The translations under genes and the position numbers were made by a program. The notes below the pieces were generated by a model that saw only the letters and a list, made by a program, of their open reading frames with translations, searched no databases and was not told the origin of the DNA. Positions 38,381 through 52,395 of a stretch of 64,000 nt of DNA are shown here, one piece after another (the first letter of the stretch is position 1; each line of letters opens with the position of its first letter). The stretch spans positions 33,852,001-33,916,000 of the forward strand of contig NC_043008.1 in assembly GCF_006345805.1 (NCBI RefSeq). The letters are read 5' to 3'. The DNA comes from Octopus sinensis (Eukaryota).

Positions 38381-38639
38381 CTACACCTTGCTATGGTACC
38401 AGCTGCTACAGTGAATGCCACTGAAAGACTGACCACAATATGCTCCACACAGTTATCACTAACGACCGCTAAAGCAACCCCTGGTGTTACAGTGTTAAGC
38501 TATCAACAGACATATTCCAATGTGATATTTTTTTTCATCTGTAATACTGTTTGTATTGGCAGTGAATCCCTTGTTGGCCCTGTTCACAGAATGCGAGGGT
38601 TACATGTTGAGATATGCAGGAAAGAAAAAGGTTAATGTC

Positions 38640-39350
38640 ATCCACACATTTTTGTTGATGACCTAAAGTGTAATATGATCAGCATCAAGAGATAGTTAGA
38701 ACTACACGAAAATTTTGGAATGGAGTTTAAGCAAGAGAAATGCTTATACGTGATAGTCAATAGGGGAAAGATTGTCGACCAGACAAAGAACATGAACATC
38801 AATGGCTTGTTGATGTTCTCTAATGATGAAAGCTACAAGTACCTTGGAATTATGAGAATGTTGCAGAAGTTGGTACTGTGACTAGAGCCAGAAAAACAAC
38901 AGAGTATTTCTGTAGACTCTGGAAAATATGGAATTCAGGGCTGTCTGCATTTAACAAGACCGTATCTCACAATACTTTTGCAGCACCATTGCTAATACCA
39001 ACATTTGGGATATTGGATTGGACATTTGATGAGATATGCAGTCTGGACATCAAAACCAGAAAGGTACTGACCACCACGAGCAACTTCCACATTAACAGCA
39101 ACACCAATAGGATATATGTGAGGTGAAATAATGATGGTAGAGGCATAGGGTTAGTCCAAACAACCTTTGGAATTTGCATTGTATCACTTAGACAACACCT
39201 GCTGAACAGTAAAACAAGAGATGAGTACATCTCATGCATACTCAAAAGAGAGAGCAATAACATCACCAGAGTTGGAGAACTACTGTGTAGGTAGTCTGAG
39301 CATACAACTGTCTTATACAACTGAAAGGAGACTGGACTAGTCAACTTAAA
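38640..39350 (+). mobile_element. R4/Dong-like LINE RT/thumb fragment
   Basis: HIFVDDLK, YKYLGI, AAPLLIPTFGILDWT..EI..LDIKTRK, GRG.GL. Confidence 0.75.
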
Positions 39351-39395
39351 CAGAAGCAGGCATCATACGCAAGCTTCTTACCGCACAGCTATGCC

Positions 39396-39525
<130 letters not shown>

Positions 39526-39570
39526 AATAAATAAATGGAGTTAAATGCAGGTGTTATTCAAATTTTTATA

Positions 39571-39659
39571 CTTCCAACATATGTTTCGAAGAAAACATTG
39601 GTATTATTCGAGAAGGATTAAAATGATGAAAAACAATGCAATCTTCTCATCAGGGAAAG
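39571..39659 (-). ncRNA. Type I hammerhead ribozyme (canonical core)
   Basis: Reverse complement: TTCC-CTGATGA-GAAGATTGCATTG...CAATGTTTTCTTC-GAAAC-ATAT-GTT-GGAA; all three helices pair. Confidence 0.8.
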
Positions 39660-39924
39660 AAAGAGAAGCAAAACACATCAATAAGACATTTTAACCGAAT
39701 GTGATTACTGCATATATGATGAAGGGAATGTTAGTACGCTACTTTAAAAAAACAAACATTAGTATATATTATGTCAAAGGCAATTTATAGAAAGAGAAGG
39801 CGGAGGAAGAAAGAAATTAGCAGAAAATTGAAAGTGGAGAAATATAGTGTGATAGGTGAATAGGAATAAAGGTTAAAGGCATGGAAATAGATATATTTAG
39901 TGGGAGTGAAATGTAAGAAGACAG

Positions 39925-40250
39925 TTAAAGGTCGAATTTCACAGATTGATAGAAATCACTTATATGAACTATAGGTATATTTTGCTTATGTTTGCAATTA
40001 TAAATGCATTCTTTAAACGTGTTAACAAGTGGATTTTCTGAGAACAGGATGAAATAAAGTTCATCGTTACAGAGCGTGCAAAAAGATTTACCTTTATCAT
40101 ATGGAAATGATTTAGATAGAATATTCCAGTCCAAATCAAATTGTTTATTATGTTCTTTTAGAGACCAAATTAATTTACTAAGCCCAGTATTGTTATATTT
40201 GTTGATATGTCTAAATGTAGAGTAATGATTAGATATTCTTTTGGACAACT
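39925..40250 (-). mobile_element. Penelope-like (Naiad-like) GIY-YIG C-terminal remnant
   Basis: RISNHYSTFR...TGLSKLIWSLK...WNIL...Y...CTLC..E...LVN..KE...CKH; lies 5' of the 39571 hammerhead on the same strand. Confidence 0.8.
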
Positions 40251-40329
40251 GAGAGGAAGAACTACCTATTTAAAAAAAGACGTCTGAACCGGAAGTAATA
40301 TTACATCGATAAATAGAGTCTGCCATGGC

Positions 40330-41340
40330 ATTGTGGATCAGTGACTGCAGGGGGAAATAAACATCCCTTGAGTGGTAACATCATCCGTGAGAAAGCGTGG
40401 AATTTACACCAGTGGTTTGACAGAGGAAACGAAGCAGAAGGCACCAAAGAACCAGAACCTAGATCATTGACAGCACCGGAGCCCGAAGATTTTCAAACCA
40501 GCAAGGGATGGTTTGACCATTTCCAGAAACGGTTTAAAATAAGGTGAGTTTCCTTGCTTGGAGAGACAGTATCAACCGACAAAGAAACCACTAAGAAGTA
40601 CCTCGAGACCTTCAGGCATATCATCGAGGACAAGGGATACAAGCTGGAACAGGTTTTCATTATGGACGAAACTAGCTTGTTCTGGAAGAAGATACCTTCC
40701 AGAAAGTACATCATGAGGGACGAAGCCAGAGTCCTAGTATTTAAGGCACAGAAGGACAGAGTGAGGCTATTTAAGTGTGGCAATGCTGTTGGATTCATGA
40801 TGAAACCAGGACTTACCTACAAGTTTGCGAACCCGAGGGCTTTCAAAAGTTAGAATAAAAATCTGCTGCCTGTCCACTGGATGCACTGGTTTTGATATCA
40901 CGCAAGATGAGGTCAACGACCTCATCGATGCCCACTCTGAAACCCTGACAGACGAAGATTTATTGGAGTTAACGGAGTCTGCCAGCAAAGAGGGGAAGGA
41001 AGTGCTAGATCCAAAGGAAGAGGAGGATTAGAAAGGCCTGGCAATCGAATGTCAGTCCGACCTTTTAAGGACAGCAAAGGAATTGCAACGGGAGGCGGAA
41101 ACATGGGATCCCTATATGGTTTGCTCTCTCCAGTTTTAAAAATACCATCGATGCTGCCATACAGACATATAAAACTCTACCAAGAAGAAACAACAACAGC
41201 AAATTCCCATCACAATGTTCAAGCCCACAAAGAAAACCTTGCACGGAAATACGACTTCTCCTAATACACCCGAAGAAGAGGCGTCACCTGAAGAGCTTTA
41301 AATCTTCTTTGCTGTGCAGACATTACCTTCATTATTTTCA
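40330..41340 (+). mobile_element. Tigger/pogo transposase remnant
   Basis: IIREKA, FQTSKGWFDHFQKRF, EQVFIMDETSLFWKK, FKAQKDRV...GNAVG..MKP. Confidence 0.85.
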
Positions 41341-41415
41341 TCATCATCGTCTTAAATCAATATCATTCACTTTTGGTGAATAACTGTACATTTTATATTA
41401 TTTTTTATTAAATTA

Positions 41416-41489
<74 letters not shown>

Positions 41490-41492
<3 letters not shown>

Positions 41493-44400
41493 CATCATCA
41501 TCATCATCGTTTAACATCCGCTTTCCATGCTAGCATGGGTTGGACGATTTGACGATTTGACTAAGGACTGGCGAACCAGATGGCTGCACCAGGCTCCAAT
41601 CTTGATCTTGCAGAGTTTCTACAGCTGGATGCTCTTCTTAATGTCAACCACTCCGAGAGTATAGTGGGTGCTTTTACGTGCTACTGGCACGAGGGCCAGT
41701 CAGGCGGTGCAGGCAACAGCCACGCTCAAATGGTGTTTTTACGTGCCACATGCACAGGAGCCAGTCCAGCGGCACTGGCAACGACCACGCTCAAATATTT
41801 TTTCACATGCCACCGGCACAAGTGCCAGTATGGCAACACTGGTAACGATCACGCTCGAACGGTGCATTTAACGTGCCACCGGCACGGAAGCCAGTTAGCT
41901 GCTCTGGCAACGATCACACTCGGATGGTGCTCTTAGCGCTCCACTAGCACAGATGCCAGTCATCGAATTTGATTTCGAGGTTATGGTCTCACTTGGCTTG
42001 CAGGGTCTTCCCAAGCACAGCATATTTCCAAAGGTCTCTGTCTCTAGTCATTGCTTCGGTGAGACCTACTGTTCGAAGGTCGTGCTTCACCACTTCATCC
42101 CAGGTCTTCTTCTTCCACAGGTTCCCTCAACCGCTAGGGTGTGGCACTTTTTCACACAGCTATCCTCATCCATTCTCGTCACATGAACTTACCAGCGCAG
42201 TCGTCTCTCTTGCACAACACATCTGATGCTTCTTAGGTCTAACTTTTCTTTCAAGGTACTTACACTCTGTTGAGTATGCACACTGACATATCACATCTAT
42301 CGGAGCATACTCGCTTCATTCCTTGCAAGCTTACTCATGTCCTCAGCAGTAACAGCCCATGTTTCACCTTGGTAACGGAAGCTATCAACTACTTCTAGTT
42401 TTTCTCCCTGGAATATGGCAGAAGTTGTTCACTGCACATTTTCAGTGTTTATTGCTCCTGAGCATCTGCCACATACAAAAACTATCTTCCAAAGTAGCCT
42501 TCTTTGATATTGCTACACCTCTTATGTGTCCATAGCTTACACTGGGTACATCTTATAGAGTTTCTACCTACGCCTTTTCTACAGATTGAGCAGGGCGATC
42601 AACCTGAAGGGATTTGTGGTTTGCCTGCCTTCCTACTTTTTAGGACTTTGGTTTTAGCTAAGTTGACTCTAAGGCCCTTCGATTCTAATCCTTGTTTCCA
42701 CACCTGAAACTTCTCCTCTAGTTCTGATAGCGACTCAGTAATTAGAGCAAGGTCATCAGTATAGAGGAGCTCCCAGGGGCATCCTGTCTTGAATTCCTCT
42801 GTTATGGGAGGACTATGATAAATAGGAGGAAGCTGAGGACTGAACCTTGGTGGACCCCTACCTCTACCTCTACCCAGAATTCTTCACTGTACTCGTTGCC
42901 AACCATCACCTTACTGACAGCGTCCGTGTACCTGGCTTGCACAGCTCTCACTAACCATCCATCTATCCCTAGTTTCCTCATTGACCACCAGATAAGGGAA
43001 TGGGGGACCCTGTCAAAGGCTTTCTCTATGTCAACAAAAGCCAGGTACAGAGGTTTATCTTTGGCTAGGTATTCTTCTGCAGCTGTCTTACCAAAAATAT
43101 AGCATCAGTGGTGCTTTTCCCTGGCACGAACCCAAACTGCATCTCATCTAAACTGACTCTCTCCCTAATTAGTTGGGCTATGACCCTCTCCGTGGCCTTC
43201 ATTACCTGATCCAACAACTTGATACTGCTGTAATTATTTGTATCTAAAGCGTCACCTTTACCTTTGTAACAGTTGACTATAGTGCTGCTACACCAGTCAT
43301 TGGGTTTGATTCATTTGTGTATCACCTGGTTAACTATACGGGTAACTAGGCTATAGCCAACACTGCCAGATATTTTGAGGATCTCTGCAATGATTCCTGG
43401 TGGTCCGGGGGTTTTTCCTGTCTTCATACTCTTAATTACTTTATCTAGCAAGGTACTGTCGACTCGGATAGCTGGTACGTCTGTTGGGTCGACATTCGGC
43501 AGACTCTCTCTCATTCATTTTCTTTATTGAGCAACCTTTCATAGTGGCGTCTCAAAACTTCTCTCTTTGCAGCCTTCTTTAGTGCAAGTGAACCATCATC
43601 CATGCGGACACATTTCTCTCCTACAACATCACGATCCTCTCTCTCACACTGTCTTGCAACACGAAATACCTCAAGTCTTTGGTCTTCACGTTGCAGAACA
43701 CTGGCAAATTTTTTCTTATCTGCTTTACCTCTGGCTAAATAAACCTGTCTCCTAGTTTCCCTTCTGACAGTCTGATACAATCCCTTGCTACCACCGTTCT
43801 TCCAGTCCCTCCAAGCCTGTTTCTTTTCTCTAATAGCCCTGTCAACAACTTTGTTTCACCACCACGTTATTTTGGGTCGAGAGGGGACTTTGCACCATCC
43901 ACAGATCTAGTCAGTGGCCCTCAGCAGGTTTTCCCGTAGAAACCTCCAGCTGACTTCTACATCGTGTGAAGCTATATGCCCTTTTATTTCGTCAAAGGCT
44001 TCAAGTAATATGTCTCTAAATCTCTGAAGTTAGTTTCCTGAAGTTAGTATTGCAAACCATAAGATCATTTGCATCGCAGAACTCCAGCAGCTTGGTTCCC
44101 TCCTCATTGCAGGAACCAAAACCGTAGCCTCCATGTAAGCCATGGAAGTCCCCTGTATGTTATCCAACATGTCCATTGAAGTCACCAGCCACAAAGAGAA
44201 GGTCCCTGTCATTCGTCAACGAGGTAGTCTGCAAGAGGGTGTCATAGAATCGGTCTTTCTATCCATCGGGTAGCCTCGACCGAGGGACATAGGCTGAGAT
44301 AATGGTTGCTAACCCATGATGAAGCACTAATCTAATCTTAAGTATTCTGTCGCATACTCTGATTATCTCGATTACCTTATCCACCCAATTCTTTTCAAGA

Positions 44401-44900
44401 AGTATACCCACGCCCCCGACCCCATCAGTGTTCCCTGCACAGAAAATCTTGTACCTGTGTTCTTTACCTGTGAGAAACCTAGCGGAACCGCCTCTCCACC
44501 ATACTTCTTGGATGCAGCACATATCGACACATCTCCGTTCAAGCATCTCAACAATCTCACTAGACCTACCTTTCAGTGTGTCGACGTTGAGAGTGCCAGC
44601 TCTGAGGGTGTGGGAGGTATGGTCCCTTGAGACCCTGGGGCGGGGCACAGCAGCGTCATGTTCCTGAAAAGAGAGCTCGCATTTGGCAGAATTCACAAAC
44701 AAACAATAGCCTTAAGTTCAACCTGCATATACTACACTATCATATTTTTGCACTATATGATCACTACCTTACATAGGAGATAAACCCTAAGTAGGGGTGG
44801 GGAAGGCACAAAGCCTTTAGAAATGTTCATAGGAGACAACCAACAGATGACAAAGGATAGGGACTTCCGGTACAGGTGGAGGGGGCGGGCGTACCGCGAA
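41490..44900 (-). mobile_element. Near full-length decayed RTE-clade LINE (APE endonuclease to (GAT)n tail)
   Basis: GTLNV.TLKG, CIQEV.W, GVGILL, AGDFNGHVG (APE); GELLYTDDL (RT); 3' UTR carries a minisatellite. Confidence 0.85.
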
Positions 44901-44918
44901 CTAGCAAACTTAGACGAG

Positions 44919-44949
<31 letters not shown>

Positions 44950-45051
44950 TCAGGGTTAATACTTGATAAATGTAAGCACCTGTATATGCCAGCTAGTGGT
45001 ATAGGTGATAGGATATATGTATCAAAAGAAAAACAGGACGCAAAGGATTTT

Positions 45052-45138
45052 GCGGTACACATATTTCGGGCTTCATTGAACAACTTATATCAATGCATAA
45101 TTGATGTAACAGGTAGATCAAAAGCCTTCTTCAGCCGC
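45052..45138 (-). ncRNA. Type I hammerhead ribozyme at the outer end of the left inverted arm
   Basis: Reverse complement: GCGG-CTGAAGA-AGGCTT...AAGCCC-GAAAT-ATGT-GTA-CCGC. Confidence 0.65.
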
Positions 45139-45951
45139 GTACAATTACCAAACCAAAGACATGTATCACATTATAGCAGGTTTGATAAAAAGTTTAGGAA
45201 AAAACCGACTTTCATTGGGAAAGTAAATCCTCATAGGCGTATATGGCATTGCGAGACTCCAAAACAAATCGTCCATACCGTTTTTTCACTCGATAAAGAA
45301 TGAAGGAATTGGATGTTGAGAGAAAGGGGAAAGGAGGGGAAGGGGGTGAAGCCTTAATGAAGTTGGGATCACAAAAAAGAAAAAATGTATATGCATAAAT
45401 TTAAACATAATTATAAAGGATAATAATAAATATAAAATATAATAAAAAAAAGTAAAGATGTAAAAAAATAAGTATATAAAGATACAAAGGATGTCACGTA
45501 TAGGGCCATAAATTCTAGAAATGTATTGTGAAAGTGTAAAAGGTACAAGAAATAAAGGGTAAAAGATAAAATAAAAAGAAAATAAAAATAAAATAAAAAT
45601 CGAAAAATGAAGACGAAAAATAAAAGAATAAAAAATAAATAAATAAAAAATAATAAAAAAAGGTGAACATAAAGATAAAGTGAGATAAAAATAAAGGGAT
45701 ACAGGAGAATACATGGCGGTTAGAGATGATGGGTTAGAGTTTTGATGCCGTGGTGAGTGTCGTAAATTATTTTTAATTATTTGGGGGAGGGGAGCAATAT
45801 AGTAGTGGGCGAATGGTCATTCTAAGCTACATGCTCAAATGTAATGAGTCTGTATGTATGTGTGTGTCTATATACTTATCTACTTTCAAATATAAAAGCG
45901 TCTGGTACTAGTCCGGGGTCGGTGTTATTATCAGTCAACATATACACGCAC

Positions 45952-46002
<51 letters not shown>

Positions 46003-46097
46003 CATACATACACCCATATATATATATACACCCATATATAAGCACACACGCGCATACATATGTATATACACATACACAAATACTCACACATATAATC

Positions 46098-46258
<161 letters not shown>

Positions 46259-46328
46259 CAGCTAAACTCCAAACCACTAATAGTTGTAATTCTGAACTGG
46301 AAAGAGAAATAAAAATGTTTACCCTCTC

Positions 46329-46416
46329 CTTTCTGGACTATGCATAGTTTCGGCAAACTTTTTGTAAATAAAATTAATTTATTTACCACTGGCGTTGCCT
46401 CGTCAGCGGAAAAGCC
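46329..46416 (-). ncRNA. Type I hammerhead ribozyme (GUC site)
   Basis: Reverse complement: CTGACGA-GGCAAC...GTTTGCC-GAAAC-TATGCATA-GTC-CAGAAAG. Confidence 0.75.
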
Positions 46417-46671
46417 AAGGACTACCATATATTCACGAGGCGATAACAAGCATGCCTCGAGTCTATATGCTATAAATTTTCAAAATATTTTTTCCTTTCT
46501 CACTTGACCGCTGGTAACGGAGAATCTTTCTAGAATTTTTTGCTACCCTAAAATTTATTAATTAATGATTTTTTGGCTAATTTTGAAATTAAATCGGCAG
46601 TTTATATTTACTGCTGAGAAAACCGCGCGAATGCGGTGGATTTTGAAAATTTATAGCATATAGACGTGAGG

Positions 46672-46757
46672 CTTTTATGCTGACGAGGCAACGCCAGTGG
46701 TAAATAAATAAATTTTATTTACAAATGTTTGCCGAAACTATGCATAGTTCAGAAAGG
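46672..46757 (+). ncRNA. Type I hammerhead ribozyme (GUU site)
   Basis: CTGACGA at 46680-46686, GGCAA/TTGCC helix II, GAAAC at 46734-46738, TATGCATA helix III, GTT at 46747-46749. Confidence 0.75.
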
Positions 46758-48042
46758 AGAGGGTAAACGTTTTTATTTCTCTTTCCATTTCAAAATTACA
46801 ACTATTAGTGGTTTGGAGTTTATCTGCTCTTTCTAGTGTGTGTTGGATGTCCTATTATGGCCATCCATTGTATGTTTGAATGTATATTATATAGTCTATT
46901 GACTATTTTTTCTTTCTCACTTGACCGCTGGTAGCGGAGAATTTTTCTAGAATTTTTGCTACCCTAAAATTTATATATATATATATATATATATACTCAC
47001 ATATACACACACGCACGTACACACATATATATATACACATACACACAAAGAAAAAACGCGCATACACCTACATACAAATATCTACGTATACACGCACATG
47101 TGCATACACACACACACACACACACACACATATGTATATATATACATATACACACATACATATACAGGCATATATATACACATACATATACATACGCATG
47201 CATACGCCCACATGTATGCGTCCGTACATGTTCACACAAGTTCATGCATACACACACCTGCGTACATATGCATACATACATACATACGTATACACACGTG
47301 CATATGTGCATATAAGTACATATATACAAACACACCCAAAAGCATAAACATACACATATGCATATATACACCCACATGCACAGAAATCTGTACACCCATT
47401 CACATGCATATATATCCCTATGCACTCGTACAAAAAAGTACAAATATATATATATATACACATACACATATACATATATACACCCATACATCCATATATT
47501 ACACACAGCTACACGCACACACACAGACATACTCACATGCACACATATGCCCATATGCACATATACTCACATGTGTGCGAGTGTGTGTACATTACCGAAG
47601 GTACATACTTCCACGCAAGGATACGTGTAACTCTCGAAAGATATAGATCTCCACACCTATACGTTCGAAGATTCATTCATGCACACACGCAAAAGAACTC
47701 ACATATTCCAAATGTTTGTCTCAAATACGGTGGTGTAACAATTATAAATAAATAATTAGCAAGTTAATGATGTGTAAGGGTAAAGCAGAAAAAAAAGTAA
47801 AAGATGCGGTAAAATTAGAGAAAAATAAAAACAAAAATAAAAATAGGGAACAATAAAGTAAACAAAAACTTAGAGAATTAAAGATTAAGAAATTAAAAAT
47901 AAAGGAGAAAATAAAGATAAGACTAAAATTAAAGTAAAATGAAGATAAAAAAATACTAATGAAAGAATAAAATAGGGCTGAAAGAGTAAACTGAGAATAA
48001 AAATAAAGGTGAATGTAAACGTAAAAGCCCAGAAAGGAAAGG

Positions 48043-48789
48043 GTGGAGTTAGGAAGACAGTTTAATGTGATAGCTCAATCCACATTGAATAACAATCGTG
48101 AACTTAATTATACCAATTGTAATAGCTGTATAACTAGCATTAATAATAATAATAACGCAGAACACAGTTCCAATATCAGGACTCGAAGTGGAGGAAATAT
48201 AGACCAAAACAACTTAAATAGCACCAATAGTGATAATAACAGTAACAACGGCGAAAATACTAGCAGAGCTTCCATCCACCACAATAGTAACCTCAACAGT
48301 AACCATAGCGAAATTACCTGCCCAAGGAGTAATAACAGACGGCCGGGAATTGCAAATTGCGGATGCAACTGTGAAGATGCACCCGCCTGTCGTTTACGCG
48401 GAAAATGTTTAGCTAAAAACGTAATTTATTCCTGTGAAGTAAGTACCCAATTAAACACACTTACCTACATTGATTGCTCATCCGTCTGGAAATCCAGATT
48501 CTATAACCACCGGTCATCCTTTAGGCTCAAACACAAGGCTAGTAGTACCTCTTTATCTAGAAAAATTTGGGAGCTTAAAGACAATAATATAGATTTTAGC
48601 CTTAGGTGGTCCATTATCGGATCAGCCGCGCCTTATAAAAATAATAGAACAGGGTGCCAACTGTGTTGCGTAGAACTCCTGAATATCATTAAATTCAAGG
48701 AGAAAAACAAATTAATTAATAAAAGATCTGAATTTAAAACATCTTGTATGCATAAATTAACTAAAACCTTCAAATATTACAAGGCTTAG
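48043..48789 (+). CDS. Penelope-like GIY-YIG endonuclease ORF (Naiad-like), no RT
   Basis: Asn-rich linker, then CGCNC..PACRLRGKC...VIY...YID...KSRFYNH.SSF...SLSRKIWELK...W.I...C.LC..E...LINKRSE...C.H. Confidence 0.85.
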   Translation: MELGRQFNVIAQSTLNNNRELNYTNCNSCITSINNNNNAEHSSNIRTRSGGNIDQNNLNSTNSDNNSNNGENTSRASIHHNSNLNSNHSEITCPRSNNRRPGIANCGCNCEDAPACRLRGKCLAKNVIYSCEVSTQLNTLTYIDCSSVWKSRFYNHRSSFRLKHKASSTSLSRKIWELKDNNIDFSLRWSIIGSAAPYKNNRTGCQLCCVELLNIIKFKEKNKLINKRSEFKTSCMHKLTKTFKYYKA

Positions 48790-49578
48790 GCTCATATACA
48801 TAACTCACTTCTCGATTACTTTTCCTATCTCATTTTCCACTTCTATACTTTGATATTGAGTCTATTTCCTTGAATTTTTTTCCCGTGTATTTTTTTTACC
48901 CCCCTCACCTCTCTTATTTCGCTTACGATCGTTCCCTAATTTCTCTTTTTCCTGCCTATGTCTTCCTAACTCCACAATTTCCTTTCTGATTGTTCTCCTA
49001 CCTTTCTGGGTTTTTACGTTTACATTCACCTTTATTTTTATGTTATTTTTATTTTTATTCTCAGTTTACTCTTTCAGCCCTATTTTATTTTTATTCTTTC
49101 ATTAGTATTTTTTTATCTTCATTTTACCTTTATTTTAGTCTTATCTTTATTTTCTCCTTTATTTTTAATTTCTTAATCTTTAATTCTCTAAGTTTTTGTT
49201 TACTTTATTGTTCCCTATTTTTATTTTTGTTTTTATTTTTCTCTAATTTTACCGCATCTTTTACTTTTTTTTCTGCTTTACCCTTACACATCATTAACTT
49301 GCTAATTATTTATTTATAATTGTTACACCACCGTATTCGAGACAAACATTTGGAATATGTGAGTTCTTTTGCGTGTGTGCATGAATGAATCTTCGAACGT
49401 ATAGGTGTGGAGATCTATATCTTTCGAGAGTTACACGTATCCTTGCGTGGAAGTATGTACCTACGGTAATGTACACACACTCGCACACATGTGTGTATAT
49501 GTGTATATGGGCATATGTGTGCATGTGAGTATGTCTGTGCGCGTGCGTGTAGCTGTATGTATATATATGGATGTATGG

Positions 49579-49609
<31 letters not shown>

Positions 49610-49940
49610 TATATATATTTGTACTTTTTTTGTACGAGTGCATAGGGATATATATGCATGTGAATGGGTGTACAGATTTCTGTGCATGTGGGTGTATATA
49701 TGCATATGTGTATGTTTATGCTTTTGGGTGTGTTTGTATATATGTACTTATATGCACATATGCACGTGTGTATACGTATGTATGTATGTATGCATATGTA
49801 CGCAGATGTGTGTATGCATGAACTTGTGTGAACATGTACGGACGCATACATGTGGGTGTATGCATGCGTATGTATATGTATGTGTATATGTATGTGTGTA
49901 TATATATATACATACATATATATGTGTGTGTGTATAGACA

Positions 49941-51008
49941 TGGGATCTTTTCATTTCCAAGGCCTGTTTTTTCAGATTTTTCCTACTTAACCAAACAATT
50001 TGAAACTTCGTATACTGGTAGAATGTGTCAAAAGAAAACATAATTGTAAACCAGAATGAAAACGGAATTGTAATTTCAAAGTTTAACGTTGTTTAATAAT
50101 TAGAATTTTAACCAATGGTATTCGGTCTTTCGGCTTCATATTATTTACTCCGTCTCAATAGACGTAAACGGCTATTTTGCTGACGTATTTAACATACGTG
50201 AAATGTAAACACCCGGTTACCGTATTATTAACTAACTTATATATTAAACTTATATATTATATAACTAACTTAGTTTTTGTAAATTTTCGTATATTTTTTG
50301 TGATTTTTATTCCTTTCTTTATTCGTGTAACTTTTATTTCTGTAACTTTTTATCTTTGACAATCTTTCGTATGTGTGTGTATATATGTATGGCCGATTCA
50401 GTGTTTACATTATTTCGAGTTAAAACGAAAGATTACCTTTGCTATGTAGAAAATAATGAGGTTGACTCAATGGAATAATGACAGTGATCGAAGATATAGA
50501 CAAAATTTTCTTTGGTAATCTTTCGTTTTAACTCGAAATAATGTAAACACTGAATCTGCCATACATACATACACACACACACATACATGCATACATACAT
50601 ATACACATACACCGAGTAAAAAATTTCAGTTATCTCTCTCTGTCTCTTCACACACACTAACAGAAGTACTTCACTTACACAACATACTTTCTGTCTCCCA
50701 CACCCCATCAAACACACACACACGCACACAAAACACAGACCTACGCACAGCTGTCTACGTCACAAAATAGCTTTCTACGTCACACTAAGATAATGCAGTT
50801 AATTATTTCAAATGAAAACAAACAATACGATTGGTTAAAATTCGCAGATTTAATCTACCCTTAAAGTTATAAAATACATTTTTCTCAAATAAACAAGTTG
50901 AAACTAGTGTTTTCTTTTGAGACACTCTACCAGTATACGAAGTTTCAAATTATTTAGTTAACTAGAAAAATCTGACAAAACAGGCCTTGGAAATGAAAAG
51001 GTCCACAT
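49941..51008. mobile_element. TIR DNA-transposon derivative inserted in the right arm
   Basis: Long TIRs (ggatcttttcatttccaaggcctg...gaaacttcgtatactggtaga) at both ends; related half-copy at ~10325-10500. Confidence 0.75.
50388..50565. mobile_element. Small MITE nested in the previous element
   Basis: ~50 bp near-perfect TIRs TGGC(C/A)GATTCAGTGTTTACATTATTTCGAGTTAAAACGAAAGATTACC. Confidence 0.8.
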
Positions 51009-51861
51009 ATATATATACATGTGCGTGTATATGTTGACTGATAATAACACCGACCCCGGACTAGTACCAGACGCTTTTATATTTGAAAGTAGATAAGTAT
51101 ATAGACACACACATACATACAGACTCATTACATTTGAGCATGTAGCTTAGAATGACCATTCGCCCACTACTATATTGCTCCCCTCCCCCAAATAATTAAA
51201 AATAATTTACGACACTCACCACGGCATCAAAACTCTAACCGCCATGTATTCTCCTGTATCCCTTTATTTTTATCTCACTTTATCTTTATGTTCACCTTTT
51301 TTTTTATTATTTTTTTATTTATTTAATTTTTATTCTTTTATTTTTGTCTTTATTTTTCGATATTTGTTTTCTATTTTCTTTTTATTTCCTTTTTATTTTT
51401 TTACTTTTTATTTTATCTTTTACCCTTTATTTCTTGTACCTTTTACACTTTCACAATACATTTCTAGAATTTATGGCCCTATACGTGACATCCTTTGTAT
51501 CTTTATATACTTATTTTTTTACATCTTTACTTTTTTTATTATATTTTATATTTATTATTATCCTTTATAATTATGTTTAAATTTATACATATACATTTTT
51601 TCTTTTTTGTGATCCCAACTTCATTAAGGCTTCACCCCCTTCCCCTCATTTCCCCTTTCTCTCAACATCCAATTCCTTCATTCTTTATCGAGTGAAAAAA
51701 CGGTATGGACGATTTGTTTTTGAGTCTCGCAATGCCATATACGCCTATGAGGATTTACTTTCCCAATGAAAGTCGGTTTTTTCCTAAACTTTTTATCAAA
51801 CCTACTATAATGTGATACATGTCTTTGGTGTGGTAATTGTACGCGGCTGAAGAAGGCTTTT

Positions 51862-51956
<95 letters not shown>

Positions 51957-51974
51957 AATTATCAATAATAACAA

Positions 51975-52395
51975 AGTGTAAAATTAATTAATTACTCTTT
52001 TACTCTTTTACTTGTTTCAGTCACTTGACTGCGGCCATGCTGGAGCACCGCCTTTAGTCGAGCAAATCGAACCCGGGACTTATTCCTTGTGAGCCCAGTA
52101 CTTATTTTATCGGTCTCTTTTGCCGAACCGCTAAGTAACGGGGACGTAAACACACCAGCATCGGTTGTCAAGCAATGCTTGGGGGACAAACATACACACA
52201 CATATATATATATATATATACATATATACGACAGGCTTCTTTCAGTTTCCGTCTACCAGATCCACTCACAAGGCATTGGTCGGCCCGGGGCTATAGCAGA
52301 AGACACTTGCCCAAGATGCCACGCAGTGGGACTGAACCCAGAACCATGTGGTTGGTTAGCAAGCTACTTACCACACAGCCACTCCTGCGCCTATA
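51975..52395 (-). mobile_element. SINE family B (well preserved)
   Basis: Full body and head, little CpG decay. Confidence 0.9.

Noticed and set aside
41668-41950. CRISPR-like or coding repeat array
   Set aside because: Tandem diverged units without unique spacers, inside a LINE 3' UTR in eukaryotic DNA
45286-45714. Hydrophobic multi-TM-looking ORFs (also 48990-49319, 51244-51695)
   Set aside because: T-rich low-complexity Penelope 3' UTR sequence; frames are not conserved between the inverted copies
48043-48789. Selenoprotein-type Naiad endonuclease
   Set aside because: No in-frame TGA in this ORF and no SECIS recognised
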